Shown in pieces: positions 54,701 to 64,000 of a stretch of DNA of 64,000 bases. The DNA is from Iphione sp. A-MEVVRFRX5 (Eukaryota), in contig OZ320315.1 in NCBI GenBank assembly GCA_976226885.1, forward strand, positions 47,988,001-48,052,000, written 5' to 3'. Every line of letters starts with the position of its first letter. Position 1 is the stretch's first letter. The notes below the pieces were generated by a model. That model was not told where the DNA came from. It was given only the letters and a program-made list of their open reading frames with translations, and made no database searches. A program made the translations under genes and the position numbers.

Positions 54701-57700
54701 CAGCACCCGACTCGCCATCTGGTGAGGAGACGGTGCTTGTGGCGGAATATGTCACCTCTTACAACCGGTCGAAACCGTTTAGTCTAGGACGGCCCTGCCA
54801 TGTGTATAGGCGGAGGTCACCAGGGATTACATCCTCGGATTATCTCTTGGTCACTTCTAATAAAGCTTTTATGACTGGGTATGATCCAGGAACGTGCTAT
54901 GCCTGAGGAGACTTCCTCGTGTTGCTGGCCTCATAATGTTCGTTCTTTCATCGACACAAATATATATTTCGAGGTAGCAGCACATCAAAATACAAGAGAA
55001 ATTTCTTGTATCACTGCCAAGTATTTTCGTAATTTTTCTTTTTGCTTGTTTTTCGTCATATACCTCAGGCCCATAATTTGTTTCCGGTAGTTCTTGAAAC
55101 ATTTTATTTCATTCTTGTTTTGTATATATCTTCAGAACAAATAATAGAGACATATACAATACACCATTTTGTTGCTTACATCATTAGCTTTCATTTGATA
55201 TACATTTCATAATAATATGAGCAGCAGAACCTATGTTACTATATATCTTTGGGGCTTTGAGTCTTAATTAGCATTGAAAAAAGGAAAAAGAAAAATGAAT
55301 CTGCCTACTGGCCGACTCTCTATTTTTTCAGCATGTTACCAGAAACACACTACTTTTTTATGCCTTACGTATTTTATCAAAACAACGACTTTCACTTGGC
55401 CTATTCAAAATATCTGTGTTTTCGATAACCTGACCTACCCTATTTTCTGGGCTATCGCAACATTTTCTATATTATTGTTTTGCAAATATCTTATCCATGA
55501 GTAAGGCTCATACAATACATTTTGTTCCTTACATCATTAGCTTTCATACGATTCAATTTCAATACAATCCAAGCAGTACTGATATAAGTTATGTACTATC
55601 TAGCTTTTTCAATGGAACATTTGTGTAGTGAAAAAAAAATATCAACCTACCTAATGACCTATTTTCAGCAAGTTTACGGAAACACACATTTTTTAGGTTT
55701 TACTAAGTAGTTAAATGTTAACACTCTATTGTATCAGCGCCATTTGGAACCTCTTAACAATTCAATCCGTAAGATTTCAATATCCCATAAAAGGAAATTG
55801 AGAGTAACTTGACTCTTCAAGAGTTCACTTCTCTGTGTGTCAGCAACTTCCCACGAGTCTTGCTATATGTAGCTCTTCTGAAACGAGCTGGAATAAAGAA
55901 TTTCTATTCTGTAGGTAACCTGCCCTTTGGTTTTGTCGCAATATTATCCCATTTCAGACTATAGCGTATTGTCGATGATTCAAAGGGCATGGTTCCTTTT
56001 GTTTATTTGATAATAACACTGGACACAACACCGCCATGGCTTCCATTTCGCCATACCAAAAGGGCATAATCCTACTCCCATGTCACTGTAGCCCCAGTCC
56101 GGATACACAGCTTTTGGAGTCGCATTTATGCATCGGTATCTCTGGTGATCGAATCTCCAGAACTCCACACTGCTCTCTGGTGTTAGGGACCCGAATGTCA
56201 ATGCAACACGCCACCTGGTGGAAGGCCCTAGTGGCATGGCCATCTAACGCCTGTGTTATTCCCTTCCTTTCCCACCCTCCTCTCCTAGGGACAAACTGGC
56301 GAACTGAAAATTATGAGAAACAAAAGATTGACATGTATGACTGTAGAACAAGGGGCTGGTAAGGATATCTTTTCCCATTTTGTTTCGTGCATACATTCCT
56401 ACAATAGGTGATTTCTCGAGCAACGCACTTTTATCCGTACTTTATATATTGCACATTACACAGTGGTAGAGGTTAAGAAGCATGGACTCTTACCCTTTGA
56501 ATAGATACCTTACCTTCGAATAACGCGTTCTATTTATGCCTTGTATTCATTCTCACTAAGACTTTGATTATAACTTGACGGACGCCAACGACAGTGCTAC
56601 CTGTAGATAAAAGTACGCTATTTGATTATAAATGATTCAAAACTAGTTCGCATAAAACAGAACATTTCGCCAAGTTGAAATAGAATGTATACTGTCACAA
56701 GACAATGCTGTTCTTTGCATAATTGTACAAGCCCATCATCACATGCTTCACAGGTACATTCAGGCTGCGACATCTCCAAAGGACATTGTGATACTTATTG
56801 ACGCCAGTGGAAGTATGACAGGTCTCAGGATGGAAATTGCTAAAGCAACAGTTGAGAAGATATTAGATACTTTGAGTGATGACGACTTTTTCAACATAAT
56901 CAAGGTAATCTCCTATTCTGCTTACAAGTACACATTTTACTCTGCATACCGTGTGTAATAAGGTGGAAATGGAAATATTTGTTATTAAGCTATGTTTATG
57001 TAAGCTATATACGCATAGGCTGTCCGCGTAACTTTAAAATACGTGTATTTTCTGTTTTATCCTTAAGAAGACAGTATTCTCTATGGAAATTCAATGTTTG
57101 TTTTCAGTTTTCCAATGTACCAAGCTATGTAGATGACTGTTTCAATGGAACTTTGGTTCAAGCAAATGCCGACAACAAGAAGGTGCGTTTATTTTCTTTG
57201 ACAGCAGTCTTCTCAAAGCTAACTCTGGATGTTTTGGAAATACATCAAAGAAGAGCTGTTCCTTTCACACCAAGACCTTAAATATCTAGGCACAAGATCA
57301 AAAGATTGTCTACCTTAATGCATGACGCTGATGCGTTCGTTTCCTTTGTATGTACACGCTATACAAAACATTATACGTGAGAGGTCTATGAAATGTCCTT
57401 CGAATCTCAGTTATTAACCATTAGTTAACTTTCAGCGTTTGAAAGAAGCCATACGACATATGTCAACGAAGGAAATCGCTCAGTTTGACGATGCACTCAT
57501 TCAAGCCTTTGACCTACTAGGAGAAGTAAGTCTACGAATTCATATCTAATTACCTGAACTGGCATGCCACAATTGGATCTCACGCGATTTTCGGAGCATG
57601 ATCAAATACATAAACTGTTTTATACCTTCAAAATTATAAATCAACTTCGAAGTGAGAACAAATGTATCATGCCATGTACAACTGAGTGAAATAAGGTAAA

Positions 57701-60700
57701 CCCTCCGACATGTCCCTGTTGTAACGTTCGTACTAAAAGTCACATGACACACTATCACATTTTCCTTAGGTTCCGTCCTTCCCAAATCCGATGCAAATCA
57801 GTTTTAATTTGTTCCTTAACAAATATGGCACTCTCATAATGCGTGTGCGGCAAGAACGGAACATTCTCCTTTCCTGATCCCTCTGTCTTTCAATACACAT
57901 TGGCTACTCAATTTGATGCATGCCACTTTGTCATTATAAGCGTCACATTTCCATACATCAACAAGAAATACATATTACAATGTTTAAATCTTTCCATTTT
58001 CCCATTGTATAGAAACTAAATTAAACAAATAGCCTACAACCTTGGTTTCTTATAGCGCTCAATATTTAATACAACGCATCTGTGTATTTGATAATTTTAG
58101 TGTCCAACGTACTCTCCCTATGAAATAATGGTAATAAGTGTTCTTTTCTTAGATGTACAAACCATATTCATACCGTCCTGCATGTTGAAGTGCATGTAAC
58201 ATCTGTAAAATCTAGTCAAAAATAAACTCTGCTTGAGATCTTGTTTTTAATTATTTGGACGCTACGTTCTTTCACTATCCTTCTTGCAATACACTGTTGA
58301 GCGAACGTTAGTCGATTCCATAGGGCAAAGATCATGCAGATGTTTATTTTATTTAGATTTTACAAAAGACTAACACGCATTGAACAACATAAACATTTTC
58401 ATTTCAACTTTTTCGGCCGAGTGACATTTACCATGGAAGCTAGTCTTACAATGCAAGGATCTTTTAAATATGCGTGGCTTATGACTGGTGTTCCCATGGA
58501 AACTTTACACAGCAAATTTAATGCTATCAAATTTACCAGATTTGGGTAATAATTCATAGTAGTAAAAGAGGCTTTGCATGAATGGTTTGCACATTAGCCT
58601 GTCATGCCTCGATTTGTAAATTTGACTACCTGGTCGATGCTTACGTTCCATGGACATACACACCTTGTTGCCATGCACACTTGGTTACTGTAGCAACAAG
58701 CTTGGTGCACTAAGTTTAGGCAATAATCACTCAGTGTACATGCCATGTGATTTGTTGTCAGAACAAATGTGCGCCGTCGCCTTTGCTGGTAAAATATTTG
58801 ACAAATTGTCTGATAAAATGATCAAAAACTAAAAGCAATAACCGTATAGGCAGTACTTTACATTGAATAAGATATATATTCAAATATTTAAGGTCCAGTG
58901 ATGGTACATGTACAGTTAATTAAAATAATACTAAAATGACAAGAGGATGCCATTTAAGTTCCTTAGATATGTTCCCATTATATAGAGGTGTGTACTCTAT
59001 GTATAAGATACGGTGTCTTTTATAGATGAATCGCACTGGCAAAGGAACCTTATGCAATCGTGCCATCATGCTCATCACAGATGGTGCTCCAGAAACCTAT
59101 GAGAATATTTTCCGGCAATATAACTGGCCGGAGAAGAATGTAAGTCAAATGCCTCTTTCAAAATACCCCCGTAAATGTACATCTGCCTGCTGAGTAACGA
59201 TTTAGACGTTTCTGTTCTAGTTAGAATCAGATAATATCGCCTTTTGATGGTGATTAATGTACTATATACCCTTTCCTTAGGTGAGGGTATTCACATACCT
59301 CATAGGACGAGAAGTAGGCGACTCTAAGCAGGTCAAGTGGATGGCGTGCGCCAATAAAGGTGAGTTCAACAAATGCAAGTATTATTGGTTATCTTGAAGC
59401 TATAGCATATATGACCAATGCCGAAACTTATGAAGTAAGCCACTCCAATGGTTAAAATGAACGGTGGAGGTCGGTTTATCATGAGCAGATACGATCGAGA
59501 ATCGAGAAAAACGAAAAAGCAATTTACAGTGTAATCCAAGGATACATGAAAGCTCAATCCATTCCTTTCTGCGTGTTCTCGAAGGAAGTCATTTAGCTCG
59601 GGTATTTACAACGAGAAAGGAATTCTCTCTGTAATCATGTTATTAATGTAGGATTAGTCAGAATAAATTCAAACGGTGGAGGTATATACAATGGTTACTT
59701 TCCTGAGTTAGTGACTGTATTTCATAATGGGAATAAATTACAATGAGTGTCAATTTTTTAACATCAATGATTATTACTTTAATCAAACATATCGTTTGCA
59801 GGATTCTACTCCCCTATCAGCACTCTGGCAGATGTTCAGGAGAAAGTGCAGGTCCGTCCTTTTACTTATTTGTGCTGTTGTTACCTTATATCAAGCAGTA
59901 ATTTTATTTTATTTTATTTTTGCACAAGTTTTAATGTTTATTGCAAAGGTGTCCATTGTATAAATATATCTTACCGGTTATTAAAGACGCATGACTTCGT
60001 CGTGGCGTGTCTTGTGTTCTCAAGTAATATTAATTCTGTTAAATATAATTTCTATGATTTACGAAAGAAAAACTTACTTAGGTTAAGAAATGATTCTGTT
60101 CATATTCTTCTTCTGATGTCTCATGCAAAACATTTTATTGTGTTCATGAATATTTGTTCAATTGTACATCTCTTCGTTGTGTTCACTGCTGTTTTACGCT
60201 AATTTGTTTACGTATGTTTCGAAAAAAAAGGTTCCTCCATTTAGTCCAAGGATATATTCCAAAGGCATTGGAGGTGGAGCTGTCGACTTTGAATATTTAA
60301 CCACATCTAGTATAGTAGAAAAGAAACCCTCTATCATTGCAGCAGATAATCTGTTTAGAATACCCTTATGTACCCTACTAGCCTTGTCCCTCATTAGGAG
60401 CATCAATATGACCGATTAGAATGAAAACATTGTACCAACCGCTGTTGTAAGCAGCAATAGTAAACGTACTGACATACTAGCCAAGTAGTAGCTTCTTCTT
60501 TTAGGAGTTTTACACCGTAAGTAGAGAAGACAGAAGAGTCAAAAGTAACGAAAAAGAAGAAAAAGAGTCTTTCGTTGAATATTGTGTGACCCCTTTCCAG
60601 GAATACATCCATGTTATCAGCCGTCCGATGGTGATTAAACGTAAATACACTAACACGTGGACAAGTGTATATTCTGATGCAGCGGTAGGTCGCCAAATCA

Positions 60701-61407
60701 CATCACCTCATTTCAATGTGTGTGAGAGACCTAGATTTATGCTAAGTATTTTCTTCTTCTTGCATCTGCTGTCGACGTGTCTGTGTCATCGTGAACATCA
60801 AACCTTTATTTGGACGTGTATGTTTGTGTGCTGTGTGCTTCTTTCAATGCTCCCTTCCGTGGAAAAAAAGCAGGTTCAATCGGGATGATGAGACAACTCT
60901 TCAAACGACAGTTCCAGGGAACATCTGCAGCAGTTGACCATTGCCTGGCTCATTGCTTCTGTCCTTCTGTCTAAGGATGTGTAGTTACAGCAATGAACTT
61001 CCACATGTCCACTGTAACACTTTGATGAAGGCCATCATTTGTCCATCTACAATAGCAAAAGAAATTATCAATTAGAGAGAATATATATTACCTTGTGGAA
61101 GATCGTTGCATGTTAGGTTTTATTCACCACAAGTTTCTCCTTTGTAAGTCATAAGCCAGTTCACAGTTTTCTTTCATTACTGGTCTATGACACAAAGGCA
61201 GTTTGTGTTCATATTACTCACTGGTTAGAGTAGGTGTTTATTTTCTTTTCTGATTAGTTATTTCTTCCTAGATCGCTACATTATCTTGTGTGTAACTTTC
61301 AGAACTATGTGAAAACCGTCAGCAGGCCGATGGTTATAGATAAACCGGACAAAACTATATGGACCCAGGTGTACATGTCCGCCGATTCGGCCGAGGATTC
61401 CGACCAG
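24660..61407 (+). CDS. CACNA2D3: Voltage-dependent calcium channel subunit alpha-2/delta (alpha2delta-3/4-like), multi-exon, partial (5' and 3' exons not in window)
   Basis: Manually spliced GT-AG exons join in frame to [37 protein letters not shown]|[20 protein letters not shown]|[44 protein letters not shown]|[44 protein letters not shown]|[alt exon]..[10 protein letters not shown]|[32 protein letters not shown]|..CFNGTLVQA..|..|..[18 protein letters not shown]|[19 protein letters not shown]|[16 protein letters not shown]|[alt exon]..SRPMVI..WT. The motifs [24 protein letters not shown] and WMACANKG match alpha2delta-3/4 as I recall them. 3 vs 4 cannot be resolved, so read the symbol as '-like'. 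Confidence 0.95.
29620..31700 (-). mobile_element. Decayed non-LTR retrotransposon (CR1/L2-like ORF2: APE endonuclease + reverse transcriptase), antisense in the 21-kb intron
   Basis: Minus-strand translation gives, in the expected order: [11 protein letters not shown] (31603-31571, APE), [20 protein letters not shown] plus the helical linker (ORF 30787-31236), [23 protein letters not shown] (30174-30145), LLINSLP..LYADD (29943-29929), [15 protein letters not shown]. Many stops and frameshifts. Clade assignment is approximate. Confidence 0.8.
38630..38714. repeat. Imperfect (AGT)n trinucleotide repeat
   Basis: gtggtagtagtagtagtattagctagtagc...ggtagtagtagc. Confidence 0.9.
41618..41631. repeat. 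Poly-G tract (G14)
   Basis: Read directly. Confidence 0.95.
45870..45929 (+). CDS. CACNA2D3: alpha2delta exon, 60 nt, phase 0-0 ([20 protein letters not shown])
   Basis: tctttccag|AAA...CAG|gtacgt. Matches vertebrate 'RLVEAAEEAHLKHEFDADLQ' in length and pattern. Not in the ORF track. Confidence 0.9.
50013..50142 (+). CDS. CACNA2D3: alpha2delta exon, 130 nt, phase 0-1 (KDYPKAKK...[10 protein letters not shown])
   Basis: catttcag|AAA...GAA T|gtaagt. [21 protein letters not shown] matches the family motif HF-x-x-x-PVN-x-S-x-S-x-V-x-x-PTN-x-Y. Confidence 0.93.
52158..52289 (+). CDS. CACNA2D3: alpha2delta exon, 132 nt, phase 1-1 ([11 protein letters not shown]...[15 protein letters not shown])
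   Basis: tttatag|CT GCC...CCA G|gtaggc. Contains WQYFGS-x-x-GFFR of the dCache_1 domain. Confidence 0.96.
53234..53288 (+). CDS. CACNA2D3: alpha2delta alternative exon A1, 55 nt, phase 1-2 ([19 protein letters not shown])
   Basis: tgtgttcag|GC ATT...GGC TG|gtaagt. In frame with both neighbouring constitutive exons; homologous to 56289-56358. Confidence 0.88.
55154..55700. repeat. Diverged tandem duplication, about 356-bp period
   Basis: atacaatac..ttttgtt(g/c)cttacatcattagctttcat at 55154 and 55510. The downstream blocks tattttcagca and gaaacacac are also repeated. Confidence 0.75.
56289..56358 (+). CDS. CACNA2D3: alpha2delta alternative exon A2, 70 nt, phase 1-2 ([24 protein letters not shown])
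   Basis: Long pyrimidine tract then ctcctag|GG ACA...GGC TG|gtaagg. In frame with both neighbouring constitutive exons. Confidence 0.9.
56754..56904 (+). CDS. CACNA2D3: alpha2delta exon, 151 nt, start of VWA domain with DASGS MIDAS motif
   Basis: cacag|G TAC ATT CAG...ATC AAG|gtaatc. [50 protein letters not shown]. Confidence 0.98.
57108..57182 (+). CDS. CACNA2D3: alpha2delta exon, 75 nt, VWA ([25 protein letters not shown])
   Basis: ttttcag|TTT...AAG|gtgcgt. C-F/L-NGTLVQA family motif. Confidence 0.96.
57436..57525 (+). CDS. CACNA2D3: alpha2delta exon, 90 nt, VWA ([30 protein letters not shown])
   Basis: aactttcag|CGT...GAA|gtaagt. Phase 0-0; AL-x-x-AF-x-x-L motif. Confidence 0.93.
59026..59139 (+). 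CDS. CACNA2D3: alpha2delta exon, 114 nt, VWA ([38 protein letters not shown])
   Basis: cttttatag|ATG...AAT|gtaagt. AIMLITDG and YNWP motifs. Confidence 0.97.
59281..59359 (+). CDS. CACNA2D3: alpha2delta exon, 79 nt ([27 protein letters not shown])
   Basis: ttccttag|GTG...AAA G|gtgagt. Contains WMACANKG, whose Cys corresponds to the one that disulfide-links alpha2 to delta in vertebrates. Confidence 0.97.
59802..59851 (+). CDS. CACNA2D3: alpha2delta exon, 50 nt ([17 protein letters not shown])
   Basis: tttgcag|GA TTC...CAG|gtccgt. ISTLADVQE motif. Confidence 0.95.
60601..60684 (+). CDS. CACNA2D3: alpha2delta alternative exon B1, 84 nt, phase 0-0 ([28 protein letters not shown])
   Basis: ccctttccag|GAA...GCG|gtaggt. 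Matches family 'EYLHVLSRP..WT-x-x-Y-x-D'. Confidence 0.9.
61303..61407 (+). CDS. CACNA2D3: alpha2delta alternative exon B2, 105 nt, phase 0-0 ([35 protein letters not shown])
   Basis: aactttcag|AAC...CAG|gtttgt. Gapless homology to B1 over 28 residues. The donor is weak, so the 3' end is less certain. Confidence 0.82.
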
Positions 61408-64000
61408 GTTTGTTGTTAGCAGCCGCAGCTTCTTGGTGACGAGGAAGTTCATTTCGTGTGTGGTTTCCTTTGACGTTGGCTCACTTGGGTTGTAGTATTA
61501 CCGGTGTATGCCTGGGAAGCTCCTCTAGCATCCGTTGACTGCACCGCCCTCTTTGAGGTCCCTCGCTATTCCCACCTCGAGTCACGTCACTCTCTATGAC
61601 TTAACGTTACTCTTTCAGGCACTGCAAGGTGGTAGTGGGTTTAGAGGTGTTGACTTCTTGGATAGATAGTCAGCGAACCAACCATTTTATTCCCCGTCTT
61701 CTTCCCATTGTCCTCCCAAAAGAACCTCCTCTTTGCAAAGCCCTCGACTCTAACTAGTTCTTAGCATGGCCACGACGGGTCGTTCTGAAGGGGCAATGGG
61801 TTTTTTTCACCATTACCACTTCCTCACGTTATCGCCCCTTACTATTTCATGCTAATACAAGGTTCAGTTGCCTCTTTGGCCTTTCAGGCCCTGATTCCAT
61901 CATTTAGCCCCCCTTTGAGCACTCTAAGCTGGCGCGATACCTACAGATGGGCAAACACCATCGAGCCTGACCCTCGCCAGGCTACGGTAAGATGCAACCA
62001 AATGTAGGGTTCTTTTCGTAATTGCGTAACCATAGCTCCTATGGTTCCCTAGTCCATGCCTGTGTAACTACTGCACTCTGCATAGCTTGTCCCATGCCTC
62101 ACCGTAGGCCTAGGACCGAAACCCCAAATGACATCGATATATCCATAAATGGAAATGAGGTGCATAATATTAATTGACTTTGTTGCTGTCATCTATGGCA
62201 TAAGGTCTTGTCTTTTTCAGAACTATTCACCTGATTGATTACATTAATTTATAGTGGTATATGGTCTCTATATTGAGCTTTTAAAAGCATGTCTTCAAGG
62301 ATAAAAAGGACATACGTTTCACAATATTTGTATGGAATACCGGAAGGAATATTTTCATATTTACTCTCGACTAAAGTTTCTTTGCTACATTTCCTGTTTG
62401 TAACTATCACTTTTGTGACATGCATTTCCCCCCGTTAATACCTATGCCAAACGCAACCTTTAACAACTTCTTTGAAAACAGGATTGCCTATATCCTCCCT
62501 ATGAACAGCTGTCTTGCTTGTAAGTCTATGAAATCCATAGTTGGCTTCATAAAGTTCTGATGACTACAACAATGTGCCTCCTACTCATAGATATGAAGTA
62601 GAAAATTAGCTTTCCTGTCAATTATCGAGTCCCAATCAAAAGCTGAACAAGTCTTAGAAAACCCATACAGTAAGAAGTTGACGTTTCATCGGTAATAGTA
62701 TATTAGATAGTATTCATTATGATGTTTGTAGCTATTAAGTATGGAACCCCTTATCCCCTTTGAGAATCTCGCTTTATTAGGTGGTCGATCTAATAAATTA
62801 GAATTACACCACGTTTAGAACTTAGCTTCCTAGCAAAGCAGCTTATGGTGTCAGGACGTACATGCGTACTGCACTAGCCTCGATGAATTTAAAATGTTTC
62901 TTCATCGGATACACCCTTTAATAAATGTACCTTACACTGAAGAAATATTATTCGGGTATTACTATTTTCCCGTCCAATTCCTGACACATTCCAATCTCAC
63001 CATAGACAGTTCACATTTCATGCTAACGAGATCATTGTATATTGTATTAAGCAATTAGATATAAAAACTTTTGCCAAAGCCATCACAGGTCATTGCTGCC
63101 ACCAAAGGTTACATTTGCAAAAATTTCATGAAGAAAATTTGCTTCCCGTTTTTCCCATCAAACGTCACACACCGCAAATATTAATGTAACATTCCTTTAT
63201 TCTGTACAGTGACAGTGTGATTGCCATTACTGCATGGGCCATGTTCGAAGCATCTTTACATAGAGACGTCTGCCACAAACAAATGCTAATGTTTACTTTG
63301 AAGGTGGCAGTTTTGAAATGTCCAAGCATGGTCAGAGATCTGTAACAGTGAACGTACTCCTGGACAATCTCACCTATGAGTGAAGTTCGTAATGTCACCA
63401 GTTGCCTATCGACTCGTGCAAAACACCGGCAATTGACAAGGATTGAGCATTTTTCCCCTTTTTGCTTGATATCATTCGGAAGTATTCTGTCACCACAATA
63501 TGGAACGAGATGCAACAAAAGGCATCTATGAAAAACTGTGCCAATCGCTTTTACATTCTGTTCGTAAACTTGTTTTCTTCTCAATGTTACTAAGTGTCAT
63601 TTTATTGCAATATGTTGCTCACTATTGAATTGTATTCGGTCAACATTTCTAGAATGTAAGCTTATCCTTGTTGGGTTATTATTACTTGGTGCCAGTATTA
63701 TTTATAGGCAAACGCTTCTTATGGTAATTTAAAGTAGACGTTATAGCTTCACTCCCATAAAACCTTTCCACTATAAACTTACTTTCATCTAGCCAATATA
63801 TTAAAGGCCAGAGTTTTCTGTTGTTGTTTGGTTGGATAGCTTTTAGGGGGATTTTAAATTGGTGATAGCCCGCAATGTTTGCTAACATTATGTTGATACT
63901 TTCTTTGCACTCCGGATGCTGGTGGTGGTGGTGATGATTCTTCGCCCTCCTCGCATTATTACAGCATGACGCTCAGGTAACAACCGACAGACTGATCTCA

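Noticed and set aside
56036-56288. 84-codon open frame running into exon A2 (ORF 56036-56362)
   Set aside because: No family similarity, and a strong pyrimidine tract and AG at 56287-56288 explain the boundary. Treated as chance read-through.
60194-60419. Overlapping ORFs just upstream of exon B1
   Set aside because: No recognisable motif or exon boundaries. A faint RT-like 'LSAA' is not enough.
61619-61631. Possible microexon after tctttcag
   Set aside because: The available donors give 10 or 13 nt, which break the frame.
236-63888. Remaining ORF-track entries as stand-alone genes; prokaryotic features such as operons or CRISPR arrays
   Set aside because: The ORFs are short, overlap on both strands and lack recognisable domains. 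The locus is an intron-rich animal gene, and I saw no repeat-spacer array.

Overview
This is eukaryotic (animal) genomic DNA. The gene content, roughly 40% GC by eye and strong TACATGTA enrichment suggest an amphioxus-like invertebrate chordate (inference). The window lies inside one large + strand gene for a voltage-gated calcium channel alpha-2/delta subunit (CACNA2D3/4-like). I reconstructed 14 GT-AG coding exons between 24660 and 61407. They cover the N-terminal region, the first half of the dCache_1 domain, the VWA domain and the start of the second half of dCache_1. The 5' exons and the rest of the gene were not found and probably lie outside the window. Most ORFs in the supplied track are intronic noise. 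The main observation is two pairs of tandemly duplicated, probably mutually exclusive exons (53234-53288 vs 56289-56358, and 60601-60684 vs 61303-61407). One pair sits on each side of the VWA domain, and both encode parts of the dCache_1 amino-acid/gabapentinoid-binding pocket, so one gene could make 2x2 pocket variants. The introns carry a decayed antisense non-LTR retrotransposon, other retroelement remnants, microsatellites and a few regulatory-looking patches. All of this comes from manual reading; no database search or expression data were available.
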